Source: Eledone cirrhosa (taxonomy: Eukaryota). From it: a stretch of 64,000 nucleotides of DNA. A program made the translations under genes and the position numbers. The notes under the pieces are model-generated. The model ran no database searches and had not been told where the DNA came from. It worked only from the letters and a program-made list of their open reading frames with translations. Positions 39,636 to 53,379 of this stretch are shown in pieces (the stretch's first letter is position 1; every line of letters begins with the position of its first letter). The stretch is from contig OZ024759.1 in the NCBI GenBank assembly GCA_964016885.1, positions 24,924,001 through 24,988,000 on the forward strand. Direction: 5' to 3'.

Positions 39636-40252
39636 TCATCATCATTTTACGTCCGCTTTTCCCTGCTTGTAAGGGTTGGACAGGTCCTATTCAGCACAGC
39701 ATCTCTCCATTTGTCACGGTCCTTCGTCATCTCCTTGGTGAGTTTCAGCTATCTGAGGTCTGCTCTCACCACCTCCGCCCATGTTTTTCGTGGTCTACCT
39801 CTACTGCATCTTCCCTCCACTTGGATTTCCTGGCACTTCTTCACCCAGCGGTCATCCTCCATGCGCATCACATGTCTATACCATCTCAGCCTTCTCTCCT
39901 GCACACCACAACTTATCCCACTTATACCCAGTTTCTTTCTCAACTCGTCTATGCTTGGTCATGCACATTGGCATTGCACATCCAACGGAGCATACTTGCT
40001 TCATTTCTCTCCAGCTGTCGCATATCTTCAGCAGTTGCTGCCCATGTCTCACTACAATGCAGCATCGCGCATCTCGCACAGCCATCATATAACCATCCTT
40101 TCGTACGCAGGGAGAAACCCTTCTTTGTCAACAGAGGAAGCAGCTCCCTGAACTTCTTCTAACCCGTCCTTATTCTAGATACTATGGTCTTGGAACACCC
40201 CCCTCCCATGCTAATCTGATCACCTAGGTACCAGAAGCTATCAACCACTTCT
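39632..40252 (-). mobile_element. RTE-clade LINE family C fragment
   Basis: KGFSLRTKGWLYD..LHCSETW..RLRWYRHVMRMEDDRWVKK..GRPRKTW; tail-to-tail with the family B copy. Confidence 0.9.
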
Positions 40253-41102
40253 ATAAATAAACATATATATATATATCACGATCTCTTGGTTTAATGGTTA
40301 AAAGTACCTAGCCAGTATCTGGGAGATATGGGTTCTATTCTTCATAGCAGCCAATGACAACTCCTATCGAACCCATGTTAGCGTGGAAAAATAGACATTA
40401 AACGATGATGATGTTGATACAACCTTTCATCCTTAGATGACATAAAATACCAGTACCAGTAATAAACTGGTGGCTGATATAACCAACTATGCCCCCTCCC
40501 ACTAATATTTCTGGCCTTGTTCCTCAAATATAAACCATTATAATGGTATCAGTCAACTTGTTCTTCAGCATTTCCTTGATTTCTTTCTTTTCTTTATTTA
40601 TATTTCATATTTATTCCTGTTTTTCTTCCATCCTTCCTCACTCCGCTTCCAACTCCCACACCTCACTACAACCTCCGCCCACATGTTGCCTAATGCACAC
40701 CCCTCCCCCACCTGCACCACCACCACCATCGCCAACTCCCTCACACCACCAACTGACATACAGTAAACTGTAAACTGCATTAGTTTATTGCAATACTACT
40801 ACCACCACTACCACCACCACCACCACCACCACCACCATTACTACTACCACCACAACCACCACTACCTCCACCACCACCACTACTACTGCAGTACTTCTAC
40901 TACCACCACCACCACCACCACTACTACTACTGCAGTACTTCTATTACCACCACCACCACCTTCACCACTACCACCACTACTACTACTACTACTGCAGTAC
41001 TACCCTGGTGTCATTCACTAACTCAGATCTATTATATTATATTTGTATTAAACTTTGTTCAAACACAACAAAGTTTACATAACAGCACAGCAAGCTTCAT
41101 CC

Positions 41103-41239
<137 letters not shown>

Positions 41240-41306
41240 CATGCATAGATATCATCATCATCATTTAATGTCTATCTTTCATGCTTGTATATGCATACAT
41301 ATATAT

Positions 41307-41370
<64 letters not shown>

Positions 41371-41440
41371 GAATAATCGAGTATCGAAAAATCAGCGCAC
41401 GAGTTCACGATAAACAAAATTCGACATGAGTGGCAGACAC

Positions 41441-41471
<31 letters not shown>

Positions 41472-41497
41472 CACACACACACATATTTATATATATA

Positions 41498-41962
41498 CTA
41501 GCAGATGTACCCGGCGTTGCTCGGGAACTGAATGACAGCCTGTTTGTCCGTATAAAGAGAGCCAAAGGTTGAGCAAAGAATTGAAATGTAATTGTAAAAA
41601 AAAGTTTAACAAAATGGGTGTACAGTGACATGATTGAGTGAAATAAGCGGCAACATAAAAACAATTGATGGGGTAGCTTGAGTTAATTGACGTGAATGAT
41701 TTCAGGTCCAGCCTTGCTGTAGTAGGTATGAGTAAGGGGATAAAGATGGAATAGACGCACTGTATGTCCTTCAATAGACTAAACCCTATGCGTAAGATGG
41801 CGCTGGCACTACCACGTTGACCATCCACTGGACATAGAAATATCATTCCTTGAAGCAAATCGGCCTAGTACTTCAAAAGTTAAAAGGAGCCTAGTATTTG
41901 TACACAGACAGACACACAGACTTGCACACACACAGACCGACTTGCTTTTATATATATACAGA
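41498..41962 (-). mobile_element. Non-autonomous Helitron
   Basis: Same termini as 33377-34333: A|TCTGTATATATATAAAA...CCCGAGCAACGCCGGG...GCTAG|T. Confidence 0.82.
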
Positions 41963-42129
41963 TGTCCAACCAATGCAAGCATGGAAAAACAGACGTAAAA
42001 CTGATGATGATGATATATATTGAAAACAGGGTGCGCACAGGGCAAAGACAATGGAAAAAAAAATAGATAGACAGACAGTCCCATCTCCTCAGTCAACCTC
42101 TAGAAAACACTAATATATATATATATAAT

Positions 42130-42455
42130 GGAGGCACATGGCTTAGTGGTTAGAGCATTGGCCTTGCAATCGAAAGGTTGTGAGTTCAATTCTCAGACCG
42201 GGTGATATGTTGTTTCCTTGAGCAAGACACTTTATTTCACATTGCTCCAGTTTACTCAGCTGTAGAAATGAGATGATAGGGATTGGGGTTCCTATCATTC
42301 TACTGCAAAGTGGTCGTGGAGGTGCCACGGCAAAAAAGCACCCAGCACTCCCTGGTTGGTGTTAGGAAGGGCATCCAGCTGCAGAAATCAAGCCAGAATC
42401 AGTTCCCGTCCCACCCTTGCAAGCAGGGAAAAGTGGACGTAAAATGAAATGAAAT
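42130..42455 (+). mobile_element. SINE family 2, full length (tRNA head, CORE-like body, RTE-derived tail)
   Basis: TGGCTTAGTGG A box, GAGTTCAATTCTC B box, tail shared with the RTE family B 3' UTR. Confidence 0.9.
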
Positions 42456-42456
42456 T

Positions 42457-42487
<31 letters not shown>

Positions 42488-42584
42488 AAGAGCCCGGAAT
42501 CTATTCCTTGAGCTCATTAAATTATAGGGGATTAATATGAGTCTTTATCTCCGTATTTTAATTCGATATATATATATATATATG

Positions 42585-42900
42585 AGCAAGCATGGACAAG
42601 TTGAGAGAGAAACTGTGTATAAGAGGAATAAACTGTAGTGTGCAGGAGAGAAGACCGTGTTGGTATGGCCATGTGATTTGCATGGATGATGACCACTGGG
42701 TGAAGAAGTGCCAAGTAATCCCAGTAGAAGGAAGACTCAGTAGAGGAAGACCACGGAAAACATGGGCGGAGTTCATGAGAGCTGACCTCAGATTGCTGGA
42801 ACTCATAGAGGAGAGATGATGTATTGAAAAGGACTTGCACCACCTTTGTAAGCAAAAAAAAGCATATGTATGGTAGTGTGGATGATGATGATGATGATGA
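42585..42900 (+). mobile_element. RTE family C 3' fragment
   Basis: ORF 42592-42819 WYGHVICMDDDHWVKK..GRPRKTW; (GAT)n tail. Confidence 0.88.
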
Positions 42901-43170
42901 AGTATGTGAATTTTGTGTATCTAATATTATTCCAGGTGCTTAATAACTTTGAGCCAAAACTGAAACCGTACTATTTGGTGGGTTGTTCTAGTGATCCTTG
43001 TATAAAGTCGGTAAATGTGACAATGTATGATTATCTAGGGGTAGACCCCAAGCAAGATGGTTGGATAGCATCCATAAGCTTGCTGGTCTCACTTGTGGAT
43101 CCAGCTGATTCAGTTGGACAGGACCAACTGGAAGGATTACTTGAGGACTCTTCCCCCATGACCCTCACAT

Positions 43171-43541
43171 GAAGAAGAAGGCAAAGAAGAAGAAGAAGAA
43201 GAAGAAGAAGAAGAAGAAGAAGAAGAAGAAGAAGGCAAAGAAGAAGAAGAAGAAGAAGGCAAAGAAGAAGAAGAAGAAGAAGAAGAAGAAGAAGAAGAAG
43301 AAGAAGAAGAAGAAGGCAAAGAAGAAGGAGGCAAAGAAGAAGAAGAAGAAGAAGAAGAAGAAGAAGAAGAAGAAGAAGAAGAAGAAGAAGAAGAAGAAGA
43401 AGAAGAAGAAGAAGAAGAAGAAGAAGAAGAAGAAGGCAAAGAAGAAGAAGAAGAAGGCAAAGAAGAAGAAGGGAAAGAAGAAGAAGGGAAAGAAGAAGAA
43501 GGGAAAGAAGAAGGGAAAGAAGACAAAGAAGAAGAGGAAGC
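43171..43541. repeat. (GAA)n microsatellite with GCAAAG/GGAAAG interruptions
   Basis: Direct reading. Confidence 0.98.
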
Positions 43542-43879
43542 AACTGTTAGTGTTTGATTCAACAGAAAAATATTTGATGTATGTAGTGAAGACCTAAAGG
43601 AATAGATTAATGGTTTATATTAGTTCTGAAGAAACATTGACTTATGGCTTTTTGAAAGCTTCAAGGCTAAATTGTCCTGGTGACATATGAACTTAGACAA
43701 AGAGGAGAGATGAGTGACAATGTTAACTGATTGATCATATCTGTCATATGTACCATACTTACAGAGAAGTAGTAAGCCATTGTATGTGTCAAAGCAAAAT
43801 GATTTATCATTATGGCAACACTGAAGGAGGAGAGACAAGATATTAGACTCTTCACTGTCCTCTTAATTTCCTATACAAC

Positions 43880-44745
43880 CTTGTTGAAAAGTACAAAACA
43901 TCACTATGATTGCATCACATTATATATTAATGTTTTTACAATAATACTGCAGATTTTCACAACAATCTGTCTACTAGTAAAGATACTATAAACATTTGAA
44001 TTAACAAGACAACAATATGGCTGTCTCGCTTTCATTTTTTAAGTCTTTAATACTGTACATTTTGCAACAATCTAACATCTAGTAAAAATACTATAAACCA
44101 CATTAAAAAGACATTGTTGAAAAGTTCAAAACAACACTATGGTTGCATCACATATATTGAAGTCTTTACTTTAACACTGCAGATTTTCACAACAATGTGT
44201 CTACTAGTAAAGATACTATAAACATTTAGCACAAAACATCACTATGATTGCATCGAATTATATATTAACGTTTTTACTCTAATACTGCAAATTTCCACAA
44301 TAATTTGTGCATTAGTAAAGATACTGTAAAACATTTGAATTAACAAGAGATTCTAGAAAAGTACCAAAAAAACCCTATGGCTGTATCACATTAGATATTA
44401 AAGTTTGGAATCTAATACTGTACATTCTTGCAGCAATCTGTCAACAAGTAAAAATGCTATAAACATTTGAATTAAAAAACTACATTAACAAGACATTCTT
44501 ACAAGATACAAAACATCACAAGGACTGTATCATACTAAATATTAAAGTCTTTACAACGATACTGCAATTTTCCACAACAGTCTGCCAACTAATAAAGATA
44601 CTATAAACATTTTAATTAACAAACCACATTAACAAGACATTCTATAAAAGTACAAATCAGCACTATGACTGTATTACATTAAATATTAACGTCTTTACTG
44701 TAATACATTACATTGAATATTAATGATTTTACTCTACTACAGTAT
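43880..44745. repeat. Degenerate tandem repeat, unit about 100-130 bp
   Basis: Recurring CACTATG..TG.ATCACATT, TACTGCA, AGTAAAGATACTATAAACATTT; about 7 units. Confidence 0.85.
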
Positions 44746-45140
44746 GAAACCACACTGGCAAGGCATTTACTAAAATTAATAATTATTTCATTCTGGAGAT
44801 TTTATTTGTAACACCACTTAAATGGTTTTTATATCAATTTATGTTGGAAGAATTTAATTTCAATAAGAACCATTTAAAATGGGTGGCTTTGTTTTAATAG
44901 AATCAGAACTAGTTTTGGCTGGGTTGGTATCAAAAGGGTTAAATAGAGCCCCTTAAGATGGGTGGTTTTGTTTCATAGAACAAGAGCTGGTTTTTAACAG
45001 GGTTGGTATCAAAAGGGTTAAATAGGAGCCCTTTAAAATGGGTGGTTTTATTTCATAGAACCAGATGTGGGATTTGGGGCAGTTTTGGGTTAAAAGGGTT
45101 GATACAATCATACAATTAAAGCTGGCTGAGTGTTTTAAAT

Positions 45141-45342
45141 CAAGCATGTCAAACATGCGACCCTTTACAAGAACACCTGCGGCCCACACTAAAGTTTTTA
45201 CAGCACGGGCATGTTTCATCTTCATAATATAAAATAATAAAAAATTAGTTGTAATGTGCGCAATTAGTTATCATGTGTGGCCCTCAGACAACACATATGT
45301 GGCCCATGTGGCCCTTGGGGGACTCTCAGTTTGACATGCCTG
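45141..45342. mobile_element. hAT (Charlie-like) MITE
   Basis: TIRs CAAGCATGTCAAAC / GTTTGACATGCCTG; 8-bp flanks TTTTAAAT / TTTTAGAT. Confidence 0.85.
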
Positions 45343-45499
45343 TTTTAGATAATGTTCTTAAACAAGACTCATTACTTTATTTGCTTCAGTGAACATCGAA
45401 GACAACAGCTTGTCATATAATCAACTTCACACCTGAGTGATTTTTACATTTACTTTTAATCATCTCAATGAAATATCATTTTCACCTGTTTCATCAACT

Positions 45500-46062
45500 G
45501 GACTAACTACCTGCTTATTATATTAGTGTATACATTTAAATACCTACTCATTATATTAGTGTTATATCTTTAATTACCAGTTAAGGCAGAATCATTATAT
45601 TATAGTATATACCCATAACTACCTGCTTATATTACAGTGTATACCTTAATTAACTACTTATATTATAGTGTATACCTTAATTAACTACTTATATTATAGT
45701 GTATACCTTAATTAACTACTTGTTATATTACAGTGTATACCTTAATTAACTACTTGTTATATTACAGTGTATACCTTAATTAACTACTTGTTATATTACA
45801 GTGTATACCTTAATTAATTACTTGTTATATTACAGTGTATACCTTAATTAACTACTTGTTATATTACAGTGTATACCTTAATTAACTACTTGTCATATTA
45901 CAGTGTATACCTTAATTAACTACTTGTCATACTACAGTGTATACCTTTAATTACCTGCTTATTTTACTATAGAGCACACCTTAATTACTTGCTTATTTTA
46001 CTGTAGAGCACACCTTAATTACTTGCTTATTTTATTATAGAGCACACATTAATTACCTGCTT
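45500..46062. repeat. 34-bp minisatellite (TGTTATATTACAGTGTATACCTTAATTAACTACT)
   Basis: Homogeneous core 45720-45950 with degenerate edges. Confidence 0.93.
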
Positions 46063-46332
46063 GTTCATGACAATAATGATGAAGATGATATTGACAACGA
46101 TGATGATAATGATGATGATGTTGACAATAATTATAATGGTTTGATGATGATGACATTGGCGATGATGATGATGATAATGATGACGATGATGGTGACAATG
46201 ACGATGATGGTGACGATGACAATAATGATGACGAAGCTAGTACATAGGAGCACCAAACATACGGACATAAATCCTTATCTAATTGAAAAGAAAATGAAAA
46301 AAAAAATATAGTAATATCTAAGCCAATATATA

Positions 46333-46412
46333 CAGGGTGTCTTCACAAAAATGTATACACACTTTGATTAGAATGTTATTGAAGTGTGTATACATTTTTG
46401 GGGGAAGCCCTG
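46333..46412. mobile_element. Tc1/mariner-type MITE
   Basis: CAGGG...CAAAAATGTATACACACTT / AAGTGTGTATACATTTTTG...CCCTG. Confidence 0.7.
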
Positions 46413-46439
46413 TGTGTATGTGTGTGTATATATATATAT

Positions 46440-47101
46440 ACATGCTCCGATGGATGTGTAATAGTAATATACGCGAACGGCAAAGCATAAATGAATTGAG
46501 AGAGAGACTGAGCATAAGAGGAATCAAATGGTGTGTGCAGGAGAGGCAGTTGCGTTGTGATGGACATGTGATGCGTATGAAGGATGACAGCTGCATAAAA
46601 AGGTGCAGAGCACTAGAAGTCGATGGAAACCGCAGAGTGGGGAAACCCAAGAAGACCTGGGATGAGGTGATAAATCCGACTTTACCCAATTACACCTCTC
46701 AAAGGCGATTACACACGACCGTGACCTCTGGCGTCACGCAGTAATACAGAGTAACGCCCCCCCCCCCCCCACGGGTACAAGCCGAAGCTGAAGCATATAG
46801 ACAATATGCCCCCACACCCTCCCACTGCAACGTGGTCGTGGAGGTGCCACGCCAAAAAAACACCCAGCCCACACTGTAAAGTGGTCGTGGAGGTGCCACG
46901 GCAAAAAACCACCCACCACTCACTGTAAATGAGGTTGGTGTTAGGAAGGGCATCCAGCTGTAGAAATCAAGCCAGAATCAGTTCCTGTATGAGCAAGGTA
47001 TGGTCAGCCGACCAGACACTGCCCACAACAGGACAACCCGTCTAACCCATGCTAGCAGGGAAGAACGGACGTAAAACGGTGATGATGATGATGATGATGA
47101 T
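46440..47101 (+). mobile_element. RTE family B 3' fragment
   Basis: MLRWMCNSNIRERQS... plus 3' UTR and (GAT)n; starts at (TA)n. Confidence 0.93.
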
Positions 47102-47350
47102 ACACACATACACACATTGAAAATCCCAGTATTTATCAAGAATATTTCTCGAGGATGAGAACTGAACAGATGGTGAGAATATTAAGTAAATAAGGTTATC
47201 CTGACTTTTAAACTAATCAGCAAAGCTTAAATATAAAAACAACAACAACAACCACACGCCTCCCACCACCCCGAAAAATAACCAACAATAAACTTCCCCC
47301 CAAAAATGTAACACAAAAAAGTCATTTTTCTAAGTTCTGTTGTTATACAT

Positions 47351-47425
<75 letters not shown>

Positions 47426-47512
47426 TGTATGTATGTATGTATGCCTATGTATGTATGTGTGTGTGTATATATATATATGCATGTATGTATATGTATGTGT
47501 GTGTATGCGTAT

Positions 47513-47543
<31 letters not shown>

Positions 47544-47546
47544 CAC

Positions 47547-47577
<31 letters not shown>

Positions 47578-48749
47578 TATATATATACATACATACATAT
47601 TCAAACACGTATATACACACACATGGACATAAAAACGATGATAAGGATGGCATATATAATGTGTATTGTTAGCCAAGATGGATGACAGAATATCCCTGCA
47701 CTTAGCACAAAGAAACAACAGAACAAGAACAACAACAACAACAACCACCACCACACCAAAACAATTAACCTAACTTCTTGAGTGTTTTAGAAAAAATTTG
47801 TTTTCCTTTGAAAATAAACTTGAAAAGGCTCTGTTCAGAAAATGTTTGTGTAAAAAAAAAACTCATACACACATATATATATATGTATTAACCCATGCTA
47901 GCGTGGAAGAACGGACGTAAAACGGTGATGATGATGATGATGATATATTATATAATATATATATTATATCATATATATATATATATATATATATACACGC
48001 ACATACACATATGTATTATATAATTTTTTAAATCATACATATATATACATATATATATATTATATAATACATACATATATATATATATACATATATATAT
48101 TATATAATACATACATATATATACGTATATATATATATATATATTATATAATACATACATACATATATATATACATATATTATATAATACATACATATAT
48201 ACATATATATATTATATAATACATATATACATATATATATTATATAATATATATATATATATATATACATACACACGATGATACTCACTCACACACATAT
48301 ATATACATATGTGTGTATGTCTGTGTGTATTATATGAAAATAAAACAAAGACATCTATATACAAAAGCAACAGACTAAATAATGATGTTTTTTTAGAGTT
48401 ATGAGAAAAATGCTTTGAAAAGTTTGGTCCCTTTTTCTCATGTATAGAACAGAACAAAGAACAGATAGAGAATAGAGGAAGAATGGAAGGACAATGGTTT
48501 GTTTCTGTAGGCAGTCACATTAAGTTGCCAGAAGATATTGTTACAAATAATGGGGTGACATTTACAAGAAAAGAAGCAGCTGGATGTAGTAAGAATGGTG
48601 ATAAAGACAGAAAGTAATCATGGCAAGGTAGTAGAAACTTTTCTTGTCTGGGCAAGTCTCAAACAAATAACTCAGTATAACCTACAGTGAATCAAACTTT
48701 TTACTAGGTAAACACTGTGCACATTGAAAACTAGAACTGCTATTGAATT

Positions 48750-49578
48750 TCTCGGATGTTGGATGTACAATGTAAATATGGGAGAAAGGCAAAGCTTGGA
48801 TGAACTGATGGAGGGAGAAACTGGGTTTAAGAGGAATTAGAAGTAGTGTATTACACCTACCATGCTCCGTTGGATATGCAATGTAAATGTGAGAGAAAGG
48901 CAGAGCTTGGGTGAACAGAGAGCTGGAGAAACTGGGTTTAACCCTTAAGCATTTAAACTGGCCATATCCGGCCAGAGTTCTCTCACCTCTTTCTGTTCAA
49001 GCCAGCCATAACCAGCTGCTCATACTTACGTTAAGGTATTGTCCTCAAAATAAATAATATCAAAATCTTATAGATTCAATATTATGTGAAATAATTATGT
49101 GAGGTAAAGACTTTACCATGAAAATACAATAGTAAATATAGAGTAATGTAAATGGTAAAGGGTAAAAAAAGAAAACTGAAGTGGTGTATTACACCTACCA
49201 TGCTCCATTGGATATGTAATGTAAATATGAAAAAAAAGCAGAGCTTGGACAAGCTGAGGGAGAGACTGGGTTTAAGGGGAATCAAAGATGGTGTGCAGAA
49301 GAGATGACTGCATTGGTATAGACATGTGATGCATATGGACAATGACCGATGGGTGAAGAAATGCCAGGAAATCCCAGTGGAAGGAAGTCACAGTAGAGAA
49401 CAACCAAGAAAGAGCTAGGCAGAGGTTGTAAGAGCTGAGCTGAGCTCAAATCACTAAGACTGGAAAAGGGGATAACAAAGGAACAGGACAAGTGGATAGA
49501 TGCTGTGCTGAGATGAACCTGTCCAACCCATGCAAACATGAAAAAGCGGACGTAAAAATGACGATGATGATGATGATG
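48750..49578 (+). mobile_element. RTE family C remnant with triplicated segment and a piggyBac MITE (48942-49162) inserted
   Basis: TGGAT.TG.AATGTAAAT...GAGCTTGG..GAACTG...ACTGGGTTTAA occurs three times; MITE sits at the TTAA of the second copy. Confidence 0.8.
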
Positions 49579-50832
49579 GTCCTGGTTCTATGGGTATTAA
49601 AGTCATTGTCTGTTTTAAAGTGTTCGTCATCATCATATATTTTTCTGCACATCTATTTATTTTCTCTTTTTTTAACCTACAACTCCTGATGGAGTTGTAG
49701 GCATTCCACAGTAACATACAGCGTGTCATGGACATTTTAAACCTGGTAGAGCCTATCTCCTCTCCTGGTCTGAACACAGCTGATTTCTTTCAGGGTAAAC
49801 CCATGTAAGCATGGAAAAAACAGATGTAAAAATGATGATGTTGATGATGGAGAGAGAGAAAGAGAGAGCGTGCGTGTGTGTGTGAGGGATAAGAAGACAG
49901 GCATGAAGTGAAGCAATATTATCAGGGATAAGAAAACAGACATGAAGTGAATTAATGTTATTAGGGATAAGAAGACACAGACATGAAGTGAAGTAACATT
50001 ATTTGGGATAGGAAGACAGAGACAATGTGTAAAGAAAGACATGAGGGAATGTATTTGATGAGATAATAGTGAAAGCATTTGGATAATTTGATGTCACTTT
50101 AATGAGCAGTTTAGCTAATCAGACAGTTCTGTAAAGTTGTGTGTTTAACAGATAGCTGTACAGATATAGCATGTATACATGCACACACATATGTGTGCAT
50201 ACATACACATGTATGTACACACACACATAGGCATATGCACAAACACAGACACACACAGACATAGAGATACACACACAAATACATATGGATCTTCCACTAC
50301 ACAGCAGTCTTAATATCATACACACATGTATGAGATACACACACACACAGAGGCATAGGCACAGACACAGAGGGACACACACAAAGATACACACACATAG
50401 AGATACACATACATACAGAGATACACATACATACAGGTATACACATACATGCATATACACACAAACACACAGAAATACATACATACACACAAACACATGT
50501 ACACACAGACATATGTACATATACACACATTCATACACATATATGTCCACACACATACGTACGTACATAAACACAGACATACATACATACGTGTACACAC
50601 ACAGACACATTCACACACACATGTATATACTCATGCACACACATGTTCATACACATGCACACACATGTGCATACACACACAGAGACATACACATACACAG
50701 ACATGCACACATGTACAGACATACACACATGTACAGACACACAAACACACAGACAGACAGAAAAGCTAGTATGAAAGGTTAGAGCAATAAAAAGTTGAGC
50801 CAACCAAGTGGTTCCCTGGAGGAAATCTTTGT

Positions 50833-51572
50833 AAATAATTCTGGTGGCCATATTTGTTACAGATACTCACTAGGTTTCTAACACATACACACACTTATAC
50901 AGAGAGACACACACACACATACACACACACAATAATTCTGTGGCCATATTTGTTACAGATACTCACGAGGTTTCTAACACATACACACACTTATACAGAG
51001 AGACACACACACAATAATTCTGGTGGCCATATTTGTTACAGATACTCACTTGGTTTCTAACACACACACAGACACACAATTTTGGCGGCCATATTTGTTA
51101 CAAATTCTCACTTAGTTTCTAACAAACATACACACACATATACATACAGAGACACACAGATACATACAGGCAGAGGCAGAGACATACACACACACACAAA
51201 CACACACACATGGGCATACACACAATAATCTGGTGGCCATATTTATTAAAGATACTAACTTGCTTTCTAACACACATACACACAGACATACACACAGACA
51301 TACACACAGACATATACACACAGACATATATACACAGACATATACACACAGACATATACACACACATACATAGAGACACGCAGAGACAGACAGACACATA
51401 CAAACACAGACAGACAATAATTCTGGTGGCCATATTTGTTACAGATTCTCACTTGGTTTCTATCACACACACACATACAGATATAGACACACACACACAC
51501 ACACACACACATACAGATATAGACACATACACACACACACAATAATTCTGGCCATATTTGATACAGATTCTA
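50833..51572. repeat. Compound repeat AATAATTCTGGTGGCCATATTTGTTACAGATACTCACTTGGTTTCTAAC with variable (CA)n spacers
   Basis: 7 copies of a ~48-bp conserved block. Confidence 0.92.
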
Positions 51573-52276
51573 ACTTGAAAAATCTACCAAAAGCAGACCT
51601 GCCACTTTAACACATACACACACACACACACACACACAGAGACACATGCACACACACACAGACACATTCACAGACACATGCACACACACAAAAAAAACAT
51701 ATGCACAGACACACAGACACACGCACAGAGGCATATGCACAGACACAGCGGGGGGACGGGGGGACACAGAGAGAGAGAGAGACACACACATAAACACAGA
51801 CATACAAACACACAGACACACACAGACAAACACTGACACACACACACACACACTGACACACACACAGACATACACCGAGACAGACAGAGACATACACATA
51901 CAGACAGACACAAATACATACACAGACATTCAGAAAGACACACAGACACACACACACAGACTGACATACACTGACAGACACACACACAGACTGACATACA
52001 CTGACAGACACATACACACAGACACAGGAAAGAACCCCCCCCCAAAAAAAAAAATTATATAAATAAATAAAAGGCAACCAAGAACTCAAACTCTGACATT
52101 AGAAAAGAACAAGAGAAGAATTGAATTTGTTGGCGTCGTAATGGTGCCGAGACATTCCAAAACTTTGCAAAGATTAACATCAACGTTAAATTTCTCTCAA
52201 ACATTATTATTATTGTGTCCCCCTATATGTGGGCCCTTGTGGCCAATAAAGAAATAATAATTATTATTATTATACT

Positions 52277-52470
52277 AAGGGTGGTGAATTAGCAGTATCA
52301 GTAGAGGGTTGGACGCCATGCTTTCTAGCATAGTTAAGTCCCTTTACGATCTGAGTTCAAATCCCGCCGAGGTTGACTTTGCCTTTCATCCTTATGGGGT
52401 CGATAAAATAAAGTACCAGTAATGCACTGGGTAATTGCTGGCCTTGTGCCTAAAGTAGAAACAATTATTA
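52277..52470 (+). mobile_element. SINE family 1, full length
   Basis: Closely matches the reverse complement of 31232-31425. Confidence 0.92.
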
Positions 52471-52933
52471 TTATTGTTGTTGTTATTTGGTCTCTTGAGG
52501 AATTTCCATTCAACAAAATGAAACCAGAAATATTTCTTGCAGATTTTTCACTGTGGCTTCGTTTTGGCTAAATTTGTTTTGGTTTGGTTTTTTTCCCCAG
52601 TTCCAGCTCTGGTTTGACATTTTCTTTGTAATGGTTGATAGTTATAGAATGGAGGAGAGTTCTAGAACAGAGGAGATTTGGCAGCTATTTCTACCCATGG
52701 TGTCTTGTTTGATCAGGACAATGCTATGAACTTTTCAGCTGGCCCTTGTAATTTGAAGGATATTTGGTTGCTATTTCTAACATATTGTTTAACTGCTTAG
52801 ATAAACACATTGTTGTTGTTTAGCCCTGGGTCAACCCTAGCCAAATAGAAAATTTGATCAAAGATATTCCATTTGGGGTCATTCTATCATTTTGCCACAT
52901 AAGGCCACATTATCCAATGTGTCCTTTTCTTAA

Positions 52934-53141
52934 CCCTTTAACATTTACATTACTCTATATATACTATTATATTTTCACAGTAAAGGTGTTACCTCATATA
53001 ATATCGAATCTATGAGATTCTGATATTATTTATTTTGAGAACAATACCTTAACGTCAGTATGAGTGGCCTGTTACAGCCAGTTTAAACAGAAATAGGTGA
53101 GAGAATTCTGGCCAGATACAGCTGGTTTAAATACTAAAGGG
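52934..53141. mobile_element. piggyBac-type MITE
   Basis: TTAA-CCCTTTAACATTT...AAATACTAAAGGG-TTAA. Confidence 0.85.
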
Positions 53142-53160
53142 TTAAAGACAAAATAGTGTT

Positions 53161-53379
53161 AGAGGGTTGGCTGAGAAATTCATGGACTGACCAAGATACT
53201 CTCAAAAGGCATTGTGTTTATTGACTATCTTCAAAAGGGCCACATTCTAAATGGAGAATACTATGCCAAATTGGTGAGGGAGTTACGAAAAGCTCCCAGG
53301 ACCAAAAGCCCAGGAAAACTAACAAAAGGTGTCTTGTTTCATCAGGACAATGCTATGAACTTTTCAGCTGAGCCTTGTA
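53161..53379 (+). mobile_element. Mariner deletion derivative retaining part of the catalytic domain
   Basis: TIRs as at 31893-32090; KGIVFIDYLQKGHILNGEYY...KGVLFHQDNA. Confidence 0.85.

Noticed and set aside
42130-42205. tRNA gene
   Set aside because: A and B boxes are the head of a SINE and run straight into the SINE body; no cloverleaf 3' end.
43031-43597. Poly-K, poly-L and poly-S ORFs
   Set aside because: Translations of a (GAA)n microsatellite.
48511-48620. Candidate exon GSHIKLPEDIVTNNGVTFTRKEAAGCSKNGDKDRK after TTTGTTTCTGTAG
   Set aside because: Plausible acceptor only; no recognisable homology and no linked exons.
50833-51572. CRISPR-like array of conserved blocks with variable spacers
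   Set aside because: Eukaryotic context, spacers are only (CA)n microsatellite of very uneven length, no cas genes.
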